From an uncultured Verrucomicrobiae bacterium (GTDB taxonomy: Bacteria > Verrucomicrobiota > Verrucomicrobiia > Chthoniobacterales > UBA10450): a stretch of DNA of 64,000 nucleotides. The translations under genes were made by a program, and so were the position numbers. Under the pieces are notes generated by a model, which saw only the letters and a list, made by a program, of their open reading frames with translations, was not told the origin of the DNA and ran no database searches. Each line of letters begins with the position of its first letter. The stretch's first letter is position 1. Where the stretch lies: assembly GCA_963801815.1 (NCBI GenBank), contig CAWDGJ010000007.1:1-64000 (forward strand). Direction: 5' to 3'. Positions 9,542 to 20,500 of this stretch are shown here, in pieces.

Positions 9542-9642
9542 CTGCAGGTGGATCGGCCGCTCCGCGGACGATGTTAGTTTTAGGCGGCCGAAGGCCGCAA
9601 TAACCTTAGCATCGAGCAAGGGACTGCTCGATCCACCTACAG
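9542..9642. repeat. ~100-bp palindromic REP/REPIN-like element, copy 1
   Basis: GGTGGATCG...CGATCCACC termini with an internal GCGGCC-GAA-GGCCGC hairpin; second copy at 33602-33703. Confidence 0.8.
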
Positions 9643-10143
9643 CTAGGCGGCGCTTTTCAGCAATTGCGCGACTTCGTTTTGCACATTCTCGAGCTCGTCG
9701 AGCTTCAAACCGGGATCGGGCACAATGAACACGTCCCCGGTTGAACCATGCTCATATATTAAGAGGCGACCTTTCTCGGCGTTTTCGGTCTTGATTTGCT
9801 TGAGAACGCGTTTGCGCTCAAGCATCGCGGCCAAGACATAACAAGCGTTAGCCGGCGGCTTCTCGGAAGTCATCAATCGCCGGAATAATTGCTCGGCATT
9901 TTCCTTGGCCAGCGGCTCCGGGTTCTCCGGCAACGGTTCATACCGGGTTTTCCAAAACGAGAACGGTTGAATGTTTTGGTTGCGGTTGTTCCACGCGTCC
10001 TCGCTCAAATCTTCCCGGCGGAAACCTTCAGCGTCGCGAAAGAGCAAAGTGTAAAAATATTCGCCCGCCTCAAACGGTCGTTGGGTGGCGGCGCAGGCAT
10101 CGGCGCGTTCCTTGATTGCCCAATCGTTAGGCAGCGGATTCAT
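9643..10143 (-). CDS. Conserved hypothetical protein
   Basis: 166 aa, ATGA-coupled to lptG; C..T.RPF..GE..Y..L...R.D...W...FSFWK pattern. Confidence 0.75.
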   Translation of the reverse strand: MNPLPNDWAIKERADACAATQRPFEAGEYFYTLLFRDAEGFRREDLSEDAWNNRNQNIQPFSFWKTRYEPLPENPEPLAKENAEQLFRRLMTSEKPPANACYVLAAMLERKRVLKQIKTENAEKGRLLIYEHGSTGDVFIVPDPGLKLDELENVQNEVAQLLKSAA

Positions 10144-11276
10144 CGAGCAAATATACGACGGGCAGTCGCGAGTTGAAGGCGTGGGGCTTCACGGTTGGTC
10201 GCGCGCAGATAAAGCAGGTAAAGCCCGATGATTGTAAAAATGAGGTTCGGTGTCCAGGCCGCCACGATGGGAGAGACTCGGTCCCCCTCCCCCAGGGCCA
10301 GGAAGAGATGGGTGAGAAAATTCATGGAAAAAACGAGCACGACAGCGCTGGACACGCTCGCCAGCACGCCGCGGCGCGAATAACCGATCCCGAGTGGCGC
10401 GGCGATGCAAACCACGACCAGACAAGTCCAGGGCAACGCCATGCGATACTGCAAATGGGTGCGAAAGGGAGCGAGAAGCGCAATCGGAAAATCTGAGTTG
10501 AAATGCAAATACTCTCGCAGCTCTGGAAAACTCAGGTACTCAGCGCGCTCATTGGCGCTTCCGAGTCGAAACGGCGTTTCACTCCAATGCTCGATTTTCA
10601 GCGATGGATAAACTTTCTCGTCGGCAATATTTCCGGCGGTATCGTACTTCACGACCTTCGCGTCCTCCAATTCCCAGGTCTTGTTTTCGGGGTGATACGT
10701 CGCGCGCGCAGCGAGATAGTTTTCGACAATGTTATCGTTCGCGTCCTGCTGGAGGACCTGGACGTTATTGAAGAGGTCGTGTCCCGGCCGAAAACTTTGG
10801 ATGAACCATGTTCGCAAATCCGTGCGGTTACGAAAAATCTGGCCCTGGACCGTGACCTGGTGCGAACGCGCGGTGGCAATGAAGTTTTTCTTGGCCAGCT
10901 CGGCATGTGGCGCGAGCGAATAATTGAGCGCCAGGCTGGCCCCGACCGTGAGCAAACCCACTCCGATCAGCGGTGTCAGGAGGCGCGGAATGCTCACGCC
11001 AGCTGTGAGCATCGAGACAATCTCATTCGCGCGCGACATTCGCCCCAGCGAGAACAGCAGTGCCAGCAACAAGGCGACTGGGAGAAGAATGATGAAGACT
11101 TCCGGCACCTGTGTCGCGTAGTAGCGCACGGTCAGCATGAACCCAAAATGTTCGTCGATGAAGGTAGAGATATTGTCGCTGATGTCGAAGATGAGCCAGA
11201 TCGAAACAAAGCCCGCAATGCAATAAAAGTAGGCCTGCAAAAAATTGCGAATGACGTAACGATCGAGGAGACGCAT
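10140..11276 (-). CDS. lptG: LPS export ABC permease LptF/LptG
   Basis: MRLLDRY start, SRANEIVSMLTAGVS, periplasmic beta domain, AAWTPN C-terminus. Confidence 0.88.
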   Translation of the reverse strand: MRLLDRYVIRNFLQAYFYCIAGFVSIWLIFDISDNISTFIDEHFGFMLTVRYYATQVPEVFIILLPVALLLALLFSLGRMSRANEIVSMLTAGVSIPRLLTPLIGVGLLTVGASLALNYSLAPHAELAKKNFIATARSHQVTVQGQIFRNRTDLRTWFIQSFRPGHDLFNNVQVLQQDANDNIVENYLAARATYHPENKTWELEDAKVVKYDTAGNIADEKVYPSLKIEHWSETPFRLGSANERAEYLSFPELREYLHFNSDFPIALLAPFRTHLQYRMALPWTCLVVVCIAAPLGIGYSRRGVLASVSSAVVLVFSMNFLTHLFLALGEGDRVSPIVAAWTPNLIFTIIGLYLLYLRATNREAPRLQLATARRIFAR

Positions 11277-11337
11277 CGACCAAAGGTGCATTCCCGTACT
11301 GCTTTACGCAACGAGATCAACAGCCTAAGGTGAAGAT

Positions 11338-11467
11338 AAGCTCCAAATCCCGAACCCCCAATCTCCAGGGAAACACCAACTTTCAAGCTCCAAATGTTAC
11401 TTCGCGCACATAATGTGATTTGCGGATTGGAGTTTCATTGGGATTTGGGTTTTGGTGATTGGTGCTT
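11338..11467. repeat. Inverted pair of degenerate 7-mer arrays (empty hairpin)
   Basis: Left arm aagctccaaatcccgaacccccaatctcc... pairs with right arm ...ttgggatttgggttttggtgattggtgctt. Confidence 0.7.
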
Positions 11468-11475
11468 CGACGGCG

Positions 11476-13458
11476 ATGATCGCTTTCAAAAATAATCTCG
11501 ATACCGAATTCGTGGAGCGTGTTCGCGCGGTCTTTGCCCCGGATGGCCTTCTGTCGAAAGCCCAAAACTTCGAGTTCCGGCCCCAACAACAGGAAATGGC
11601 GATGGCGGTGGCGCGGGCCCTGGAGGAGGAGCGGCATTTGATCGTCGAAGCCGGCACCGGGGTCGGCAAATCGCTCGCCTATCTCGTCCCGGCAATCTTG
11701 TTTGCGCTGGAGCAGCACAAGAAGGCAATCATTTCGACCCACACCATTAATCTTCAGGAGCAGCTCCTTTACAAAGACATTCCGATCCTGAAAAAAGCGT
11801 TGCCGGTCGAATTCGAGGCAGCGCTGATGAAAGGCCGCGGTAACTATGTTTGCCCGCGCCGGCTTGAGCGTGCGCTGCAGAGTTCGAAGGAGTTGTTCAC
11901 CGGGCCGGAGGAGCACGAGCTTACTCGTATTGCCGAGTGGGCCGCCAAAACCCGGGACGGCACGCTGAGCGACTTGTCGGTCGAGCCCGACCCGAAAGTT
12001 TGGGGGCAAGTTTGCAGCGAAGCGCACATCTGCACTCAGAAAACCTGCGGCCAGAATCCGCGCTGTTTTTATCAGCAGGCGCGTAAACGCTTGCTGGCCG
12101 CGGATGTCATCGTGCTCAATCACACCTTGCTGTTCATGTTGCTCGGCAGCCCGGACGAACAGCAAGAGCGCGAGAGCGGCTTCCTTTTTCCGAATGACTT
12201 CATCATTTTCGACGAGGCCCACACCGTCGAACAAGTTGCGTCCAAACAAATCGGCATTGGCGTCTCGCAATACGGACTGCGGTCAGCGATTCAAAGGCTT
12301 TACAACGCGCGGACGCGCAAAGGGCTTTTCACGGTAATGCGCGATGCCGAAGGTGTGCGCCTGGCCGCGGAATTGATCGACGCCGTCGAGAAATTTTTCG
12401 ACGCGGTCGAATCGAAATCCGATTTTCGCAAAGGGCGCGAATTTCGCGTGCGCGATATCGACCTTGTTCCAGACACGATCACCGGCCGGCTCGTCGCCCT
12501 CCAGGCCCGCATCGCGGAGGTGGTAAAGCGTACGGACGACGAAATTATCAAGGCCGAGCTTCAGGAATTTGGCCGCCGAATTCGCGATGCACGTGACGGC
12601 ATCGCAATTTTTCTCGAGCAAGCGGCGCCACAGCACGTTTACTGGGTCGAGCGCACGGGAAAGACGGCGCAATTTCTTTCCCTCAACGCCGCGCCGACTG
12701 ATCTGGCACCGGTGCTGCGGCGAATGATTTTCCGCGACAATTGCTGCTGTGTCATGACCAGCGCCACGCTCGCGGTGGGCCGTCCTGATCTTGCTTACTT
12801 TCGGGAACGCATCGGCGGGAACGACGCCGAACCGTTGCAGCTCGGCAGTCCGTTCGATTTTCAAAAGCAGATGAAACTCTTCGTCGTACGCAAAATGCCG
12901 GACCCGCGCGACGCCGGTTACACCAAAGAGCTCGAGCGATGGATCGCACACTTCGTGGAGAAAACGGACGGCGCAGCATTCGTGCTGTTCACCAGCTATC
13001 GCGACATGCAACTGGTGGCCGGTGAGATGCAAAAATTTTTCGCGGACAAGAAAATGAACCTGCTTATTCAGGGGGGTGGCGCTCCGCGAACCAAACTTCT
13101 TGAGCAGTTCAAATCGACGCCGCGAAGTGTCTTGTTTGGGACGGACAGTTTTTGGAGCGGAGTCGATGTGCCGGGCGAAGCTCTTTCAAATGTCATCATC
13201 ACGCGATTGCCGTTCGCCGTTCCCGACACGCCGCTGGTCGAAGCCAAGCTGGAACTGATTCAGGAACGCGGCGGCGACGCGTTCACCGAATATTCGTTGC
13301 CGGAAGCGATCCTGAAGCTTCGGCAAGGCGTCGGGCGCCTTATTCGCACCACTACTGACCACGGCATCATTGTGATTCTCGACAACCGAATTGTGACCCG
13401 GCCGTATGGCCGCGCTTTCATGCAAGCGCTGCCGAAATGTCCGGTCGAAATCGTTTGA
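11476..13458 (+). CDS. dinG: DinG/YoaA-family ATP-dependent Fe-S DNA helicase
   Basis: EAGTGVGKS, Fe-S cysteines, DEAH, TSATL and QGVGRLIR. Confidence 0.92.
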   Translation: MIAFKNNLDTEFVERVRAVFAPDGLLSKAQNFEFRPQQQEMAMAVARALEEERHLIVEAGTGVGKSLAYLVPAILFALEQHKKAIISTHTINLQEQLLYKDIPILKKALPVEFEAALMKGRGNYVCPRRLERALQSSKELFTGPEEHELTRIAEWAAKTRDGTLSDLSVEPDPKVWGQVCSEAHICTQKTCGQNPRCFYQQARKRLLAADVIVLNHTLLFMLLGSPDEQQERESGFLFPNDFIIFDEAHTVEQVASKQIGIGVSQYGLRSAIQRLYNARTRKGLFTVMRDAEGVRLAAELIDAVEKFFDAVESKSDFRKGREFRVRDIDLVPDTITGRLVALQARIAEVVKRTDDEIIKAELQEFGRRIRDARDGIAIFLEQAAPQHVYWVERTGKTAQFLSLNAAPTDLAPVLRRMIFRDNCCCVMTSATLAVGRPDLAYFRERIGGNDAEPLQLGSPFDFQKQMKLFVVRKMPDPRDAGYTKELERWIAHFVEKTDGAAFVLFTSYRDMQLVAGEMQKFFADKKMNLLIQGGGAPRTKLLEQFKSTPRSVLFGTDSFWSGVDVPGEALSNVIITRLPFAVPDTPLVEAKLELIQERGGDAFTEYSLPEAILKLRQGVGRLIRTTTDHGIIVILDNRIVTRPYGRAFMQALPKCPVEIV

Positions 13459-13467
13459 GGCATTCTC

Positions 13468-13968
13468 GTGCCACCGCTTGTCACAACTTACCTCGAAATG
13501 TCCACTTTCGTTCCGCGGTCGTCGAAGCAAGGCGCGGCCGGGTTCGAGGTCCTTGAGCGGATGGTGCGCGATTGGAAGTTCAACCGGAAGATGTATTTCG
13601 AAGTCGGCGAGAAGTGGAACTGGATCGACAAGCGGCCGTGGACAGATGAGCAATGGAAGGATTACGCAAACGACCCAAACCTGCGGACGTTTGCGGGGTA
13701 TCACGGCGAAGCGCTCGCCGGTTACTATGAGCTAAATCGCACTGCCAACAGTGGAGTTGAGATCGCCTACTTTGGCTTGCTCCCGAACTTTATCGGGCGC
13801 GGACTCGGCGGCGCGCTTTTAACGAGCGCGATCAACAACGCGTGGGCATGGACACCAACGCCGGCGCGGGTGTGGGTGCACACGTGCAATCGGGATCATC
13901 CAAACGCTCTCGCGAATTATCAGGCCCGCGGATTCAAGATTTATAAAACGGTAAAAAGTGACGCGTGA
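13468..13968 (+). CDS. GNAT acetyltransferase
   Basis: YFGLLPNFIGRGLG; VWVHTC.RDHPNALANYQARGF. Confidence 0.9.
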   Translation: MPPLVTTYLEMSTFVPRSSKQGAAGFEVLERMVRDWKFNRKMYFEVGEKWNWIDKRPWTDEQWKDYANDPNLRTFAGYHGEALAGYYELNRTANSGVEIAYFGLLPNFIGRGLGGALLTSAINNAWAWTPTPARVWVHTCNRDHPNALANYQARGFKIYKTVKSDA

Positions 13969-14003
13969 CCGGTGACCAGAAATGCAGCCATCGCTGAACC
14001 TAA

Positions 14004-14450
14004 TTAATTCTTGCCGGCCGAACGCTGTGTCCCGGCAGCCTCCGCGCTGCGACTCGACCTTACCTTTGGGCGTTTCACGCCACGCCGCTCTTCCCATGCG
14101 CTCCGTTCTTTAAGAATCGTGCGGAGATAACGGGAATCGCACGGCTTGGATAAGTGATGGTCAAACCCGGTAAGTTTCGCGATCTGCACCTCACTGGGAT
14201 AGGGATAGCCGGACAAGGCAATGGCAAGCACGCGTTGTCCGCGTCGGCGCGCCTCGCTGACCAGCGCGTAACCGGTGCCGTCGGGAAGTACGATGTCGCT
14301 TACAATGACATCGACCGGCGGCTCCGAGTTGAGCCGTTCAAGTCCGGCTTTCAAGCTATCGGCCGCGAAAACGCTGTATCCCCAACGCGACAACAGCCCG
14401 GCCAGCGCCTGCCGGGTATTCCGATGATCCTCAACTACTAAAATTCGCAT
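14004..14450 (-). CDS. Response regulator receiver protein
   Basis: ILVVEDH, VSDIVLPDGTG and HLSKP. Confidence 0.88.
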   Translation of the reverse strand: MRILVVEDHRNTRQALAGLLSRWGYSVFAADSLKAGLERLNSEPPVDVIVSDIVLPDGTGYALVSEARRRGQRVLAIALSGYPYPSEVQIAKLTGFDHHLSKPCDSRYLRTILKERSAWEERRGVKRPKVRSSRSAEAAGTQRSAGKN

Positions 14451-14566
14451 ACTGCCCCCAGAACTATGTCTAAATCGAAGCGGGCAACGTTTCCGGCCGT
14501 GTCACCGCCGGAAAAGTTGAAGCGTTGCTTCCGTCGTCGCCTCGTTTATGATGGCGGACTGTCGTT

Positions 14567-15757
14567 ATGCATCAGAGGGCGCAACGCGAACTTCGTCTGG
14601 CCAGACGAATGGCGCGGCTCGGGACCGAGACCGCGTTCGAAGTATTGGTGAGAGCACGCGCGCTGGAAGCGAAAGGCCGCGACATTGTTCATCTCGAAAT
14701 TGGCGAGCCCGATTTCGACACGCCGGCCAATATCATCGACGCCGGCTGCGACGCGTTGCACAAAGGTTTTACTCATTACGGACCGTCCGCCGGCCTGCCG
14801 CAACTGCGCGAAGCGATTGCGCAATACGTCAGCAGGACGCGGAGGGTTGATGTTTCGCCCGACGAAGTTGTAGTCGTTCCCGGCGGCAAGCCGGTCATCT
14901 TCTTTTCCATCCTCGCGCTGGCCGACGAAGGAGACGAAGTCATCTTTCCGAATCCCGGGTTTCCGATTTACGAATCAATGATCGATTACGTCGGCGCGAA
15001 GGCCGTGCCGATCCGGTTGCGCGAGGAAATGGATTTTCGTCTCGATGTCGACGAGCTGGCGGGCCTGATCAACGACCGCACGAAGTTGATCATTATTAAT
15101 TCACCGCAAAACCCGACCGGCGGCGTGCTCACCAAAAGCGATATCGAACAAATTGCGGGGGTGATCGGCGACCGCGACGTCATGGTTCTTTCTGACGAAA
15201 TTTACAGCCGGCTCATTTTCGAAGGCGAGCATCATTCAATTATGTCGATCGATGGAATGAAGGAGCGGACGATTTTGCTGGATGGTTTTTCAAAGACCTA
15301 CGCCATGACCGGCTGGCGAATGGGTTACGGCGTGATGCGGACCGATCTCGCGACACACATTGCGCGTCTGATGACAAATTCCAGTTCCTGCACGGCAAGT
15401 TTCACTCAAGTCGCCGGCGTCGAAGCGCTGCGCGGCTCGCAGGATTCGGTCGATAAGATGTGCGCCGAGTTCAAGAAACGCCGCGACGTGATGGTCGCCG
15501 GTTTGAACAAGATCAAAGGTTTCTCGTGTCGTTCGCCGCACGGCGCGTTCTATGTTTTCCCAAACATCACCAAAACTGGCTGGCCATCCAAAAAATTGGC
15601 CGACGCCTTACTCGAAGACGCCGGTATCGCCGGTTTGTCCGGAACAGCATTTGGCGATTTCGGCGAAGGGTATCTCCGCTTCAGCGTCGCCAACTCCATC
15701 GAGAACATCGAGAAAGCGCTCGAACGCCTGGACTCCTGGACCAAAAAGAATCTCTAA
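14567..15757 (+). CDS. Class I/II PLP-dependent aminotransferase (aspartate aminotransferase-like)
   Basis: IGEPDF, NSPQNPTG, SDEIY and FSKTYAMTGWRMG. Confidence 0.93.
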   Translation: MHQRAQRELRLARRMARLGTETAFEVLVRARALEAKGRDIVHLEIGEPDFDTPANIIDAGCDALHKGFTHYGPSAGLPQLREAIAQYVSRTRRVDVSPDEVVVVPGGKPVIFFSILALADEGDEVIFPNPGFPIYESMIDYVGAKAVPIRLREEMDFRLDVDELAGLINDRTKLIIINSPQNPTGGVLTKSDIEQIAGVIGDRDVMVLSDEIYSRLIFEGEHHSIMSIDGMKERTILLDGFSKTYAMTGWRMGYGVMRTDLATHIARLMTNSSSCTASFTQVAGVEALRGSQDSVDKMCAEFKKRRDVMVAGLNKIKGFSCRSPHGAFYVFPNITKTGWPSKKLADALLEDAGIAGLSGTAFGDFGEGYLRFSVANSIENIEKALERLDSWTKKNL

Positions 15758-15831
15758 GGAATCCAGGAAAGCAGGAAGGCCCTCCGATCTCTGAACAAAA
15801 ATTAATTCCTGCGTTCTTGCTTTCCTTGGAG
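15750..15831. repeat. Inverted 9-nt-period repeat hairpin between two co-oriented genes
   Basis: tctctaaggaatccaggaaagcaggaa ... ttcctgcgttcttgctttccttggaga. Confidence 0.75.
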
Positions 15832-15844
15832 ATATTTCCAGGCA

Positions 15845-16957
15845 ATGGCTGATAAGAAACGAGTCTTTGCGACATCGCGGATTGGTGACGCGGCCGAGAA
15901 TCGGTTACGCGAGTGCGGATACCAGCTGGAAGTTTTCAAGGGTCCCGAGGCGCCGCCGAGGTCGCTAATCATCAAGAAAGTGAAAGGCGGGATCGACGCA
16001 TTAATCACTACGTTAAGGGACCGGATCGACGCGGATGTGTTTGAAGCGGGGAAAGGAACGCTCAAAGTCGTGGCACAAATCGCGGTCGGGTTCGACAACA
16101 TCAACCGAGCGGATGCCAACAAATACAAAATTCCGTTCACGAACACGGCCGACGTGCTTACGGAAGCAACGGCGGAGTTCGGTTTTTTCATGATGGGCAT
16201 GCTGGCGCGCAAAATGTACGCGAGCGAGAAATTGGTGCGCGAGCAGAAGTGGCCATCGTGGCATCCGTTTCTCCCTTTCCTCGGCGATGAAGTCACAGGG
16301 AAGACTATCGCGATCATCGGCACGGGACGGATCGGATTGGCAATGATCAAAAAATGCTCGGGGTTCGACATGAACATTCTTTGTTACGACCCGGCGTATC
16401 AAAATAACAAATACATCGCAGCGATCCAACAGGTGATGGACTTGCGCCATGCTGCAGGGATTCAAAAGGAAGAAACGTGGATCAAATATGTAGAGCTGGA
16501 GGAAGCGTTGCGCGGCGCCGATTACGTCAGCATCCACGTTCCTTTGCTGCTCGAGATCGAAACTGACAAGCCAACGTATCACTTCATCAATGAGAAGACG
16601 CTGAAACTGATGAAGCCGACGGCGTACCTAATAAATACGTCGCGCGGGCCGGTCGTGGATGAGAAGGCGCTGGCCAAGGCGTTGAAGAAAGGATGGATCG
16701 CTGGCGCGGCGCTCGACGTTTTTGAAAAAGAACCGCTCCCCGCCAATTCGCCGTTACTCGATCCCGAAATCGCGGACCGCTGCCGCGTGTTCCATCATTT
16801 CGCAAGCGGTGCGAGGATTACGCGCCTCGATGTCGATCCAAACAAAGGGATGGCCGGCCGCACCGCACAGGCGGTGATCGACGTGCTGGATGGAAATTAC
16901 GGAGGCGACCCGACTAAGATGCCGTACGTCGTGAACAAGGAGGCATTCCAAAAGTGA
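15845..16957 (+). CDS. D-2-hydroxyacid dehydrogenase (glyoxylate reductase / D-glycerate dehydrogenase)
   Basis: AVGFDNI, IIGTGRIG, INTSRGPVVDE and LDVFEKEP. Confidence 0.92.
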   Translation: MADKKRVFATSRIGDAAENRLRECGYQLEVFKGPEAPPRSLIIKKVKGGIDALITTLRDRIDADVFEAGKGTLKVVAQIAVGFDNINRADANKYKIPFTNTADVLTEATAEFGFFMMGMLARKMYASEKLVREQKWPSWHPFLPFLGDEVTGKTIAIIGTGRIGLAMIKKCSGFDMNILCYDPAYQNNKYIAAIQQVMDLRHAAGIQKEETWIKYVELEEALRGADYVSIHVPLLLEIETDKPTYHFINEKTLKLMKPTAYLINTSRGPVVDEKALAKALKKGWIAGAALDVFEKEPLPANSPLLDPEIADRCRVFHHFASGARITRLDVDPNKGMAGRTAQAVIDVLDGNYGGDPTKMPYVVNKEAFQK

Positions 16958-17000
16958 CGCGTGACAAGCCCATAACGCGAAGCGCTCTCCGCAAGAGCGA

Positions 17001-17360
17001 TCAGGCTTCGATCAATTGATCCACGCGGCGAAGCCGGCCGGCCAGAACGCGCATGACTTCGATGGCGAAGTAGGGAGTCTGTTGAACCAGAAACTGAAAA
17101 CGTTTCTCATCGATCGGAACCAGTTTGCAATCCGACCGGGCGACAGCGGTGGCGGTGCGCGGCGCGCCGTCGATCATTGCCATTTCGCCGAAGATCCCGG
17201 CAGGTCCAACAACTTCGACTGCTCTTTCGCCGACCCGAATCTCAACCTCGCCCTCGTTCACGACGAACATGAATGTGCGCGGTTCCCCCTGCCGAAAAAT
17301 GGTCTCGCCCGCGCGGAAAGACTGGCAGGTCTGATTTTGAAACATGTCGAACTTGGGCAT
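17001..17360 (-). CDS. Stand-alone cyclic nucleotide-binding domain protein
   Basis: IFRQGE...FGEMAMIDGAPRTATA. Confidence 0.9.
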   Translation of the reverse strand: MPKFDMFQNQTCQSFRAGETIFRQGEPRTFMFVVNEGEVEIRVGERAVEVVGPAGIFGEMAMIDGAPRTATAVARSDCKLVPIDEKRFQFLVQQTPYFAIEVMRVLAGRLRRVDQLIEA

Positions 17361-17534
17361 AGGCGTCGGGTGATGCGGGAACGCTAGAGATCGCTCCCGC
17401 TAGAAGTCAATTGCGGCAGTGTTACAATTGAGTAACAACGACACGTCGGACGCCGGACGACTAAAACCGACTCCGAGAACCCAACAGCGTCGGGTTGCGT
17501 CTTTCTTGATCGCGGCACAGAATGCGCGACCCGT

Positions 17535-20500
17535 ATGCCATCCAAGACGCTTGCAGGCGAGACGCCTGCCACCACAGAAGACGTCAATGCGGCCCACAGG
17601 GCCGCGGCTACAACACGTGCAATAATCTTCGTTCTTCTGGCCGTTTGCGCCGGCGCGCGTGCCGGTGAATTGGATTCCATTCATTCGACCAGCGAAGTTT
17701 TGCGATGGCGAAATGTCGGGCCGTATCGCGGCGGACGGACACGCGCGATCTGTGGTGTGCCGGCCCAGCCCAACGTTTTTTACATGGCGCCGGTCAACGG
17801 TGGCGTTTTCAAATCCGATGATTACGGCCGGACCTGGCAACCAATTTTTGACGATCAACCGACGGCATCGGTCGGCGCGATCGCGGTTTCAATTTCAAAT
17901 CCGAATGTCGTTTACGTCGGCAGCGGCGAAGGATTGCATCGACCGGACCTTTCTGTCGGCGATGGCATTTACAAATCAACGGATGCGGGCAAAACCTGGA
18001 CCCATCTTGGATTGCGCGACGGCCAACAAATCCCGCAATTAGCGGTTGATCCAAAGAATCCCGACCGAGTGTTTGTCGCGGTCGGAGGGCACCCCTACGG
18101 GCCTAACCAAGAACGTGGTGTTTATCGATCCATCGATGGCGGCAGGAGCTTCGAAAAAGTGTTGTATCGCGACGAAAACGTTGGCGCGAGCGATGTGCAG
18201 ATCGATCCGGGCAATCCGCAGGTTGTTTACGCGGCTTTGTGGGAGTCACGGGAAGGCCCATGGGAAAACGGCGCGTTCAACGGCGAAGGCGGCGGAATTT
18301 TCAAGTCGACTGACGGCGGTCACACGTGGCGGCAGCTAAGCAAAGGTCTGCCTCCAGGCGTCGTACAGGCGAACATCGCGATCGCACCGAGTAAACCCTC
18401 GACATTGTTTGCCGCCGTTCGGACAAAAACGATTGCGAAGCTTTACCGGTCGGACGATGGCGGTGAAACCTGGCGTGGAACCACCGATGATCCGCGCCCC
18501 GGACTCGGCATTGGCGGCGGGGATTTGCCTGTCGTACGGTTCGATCCAAGAAACCCGCAGATCGTTTATTCCGCGAGCGTGGTTTGTTGGAGATCGGCTG
18601 ATGGCGGCAAAACCTGGGCCGGCTGGCGCGGTGCCCCCGGCGGCGACGATTATCAAAACATTTGGATCAATCCGACCAATCCCGACATCATTCTACTTGG
18701 TTCGGATCAGGGCGCGATCGTCACCGTCAACGGCGGCAAGACCTGGAGTTCATGGTACAACCAATCAACTGCTCAGCTGTATCACGTGAGCGCCGACAAC
18801 ACGTTTCCTTATCGGCTTTACAGCGGACAACAGGAAAGCGGCTCGGTTGGAATCAAAAGCCGCGGTGACACGGGCGAGATCACGTTTCGCGACTGGCAAC
18901 CCGTAGCCGCCGAAGAATACGGTTATGTCGTCGCGGATCCGCTCGATCCGAACATCGTCATCGGTGGCAAACTGACACGATTCGATTACCGCACCGGTCA
19001 GGCACAAGATATTTTGCCGGTTCCGATTCAAACTGAAGATTTTCGAACGCTGCGCACCGAGCCGGTAATTTTTTCACCACTCGATCCGCACCTGTTATTT
19101 TTTGCAGGCAACACGCTTTGGGCGACGCGCGACCGCGGCGATCACTGGGAAAAGATGAGTCCCGATTTGTCGCGGGAAAAATACGAGTTGCCCGCGTGCA
19201 TTGGAAAATACAGAGAAGACGCAACCAAACAGGCGCGACGGCGCGGCGTCATTTACACGGTGGCCCCCTCACCTCTCGACGCGAACCGGATTTGGGCCGG
19301 CACCGACGACGGCCTGATTCAGCTCACCACCGACGGCGGAAAAACCTGGAACGATGTCACGCCGTCAAAGATTTCCGCGTGGCAGAAGATTTCACTGATT
19401 GAAGCCGGACACTTCGATGCCAACACGGCGTACGCCGCGCTGAATACGCTGCGGATCGACGATTTGCGACCGCACATTCTTGCAACACACGACGGTGGCA
19501 AAACCTGGACGGAAATTGTGAACGGAATTCCCCCGGGACAAATCGTGAACGCCGTCCGCGAGGATCCGATGCGCAAAGGTTTGCTTTTCGCAGGAACCGA
19601 AAAGGGCGTTTACGCGTCGTTCGACGACGGGGCGAACTGGGAGTCGTTGCGGGTGAATATGCCAGCAAGCTCGGTGCGCGACGTTATTATAAAGGATGAC
19701 GATCTGGTGGCGGCGACGCACGGCCGAGGCTTTTGGATCCTGGACAACATTACACCGCTGCGTCAGCTCGATCGCACCAAAACGGACAATGTTCTGTTCA
19801 AACCGCAGACCGCATTGCGAATCCGTTTCAGTTTGAACCCGGACACACCGTTGCCGCCTGACGAACCGGCCGGGGAAAATCCACCAGACGGCGCGATGAT
19901 CGACTATTCCCTGGCCAACGACGCTGTTGGACCGGTGACGATTGAGATCAAGGACAGTAAAGGCGCGACGGTAAGAAAATATTCGAGTGCCGACGTACTG
20001 AAGGAGCCGGATCCGTTGAAACTCAGAATTCCAAGTTACTGGATTCGACCGCTGCAATCCGTCTCCGCAAAGGCGGGCATGCATCGGTTCTCATGGGACA
20101 TGCATTACACGCCGGTGCCGGACGTAGAGCCGGAATTCCCGATTGCGGCCAATTATCGCAACACCGCGCCTAACGCCACGGCGCCATGGGTTACGCCCGG
20201 GAATTACACCGCCGTGTTAACAGTCGACGGAAAAAGTGTCAGCCAGCCGTTGACGGTGCAGATGGACCCGCGGATCAAGGCGTCGGCCGCAGACCTTCAG
20301 GAACAATTCGACCTGTCATGGCAATTATATCAGCTGCGGCTCAAACTCGCGCCGATTGGGAAAAAGTTTGAAGACATCACCGAACAGCTAATGAAATTCA
20401 AAGCGCAGGCAGCGGAGCGACCGGATGTGACGCAAAAGCTCGAAGCTTTTGCCCAAACACTGGCAAAGTTTGGACCGCCGCATCTCCGACCAGGGGCGCC

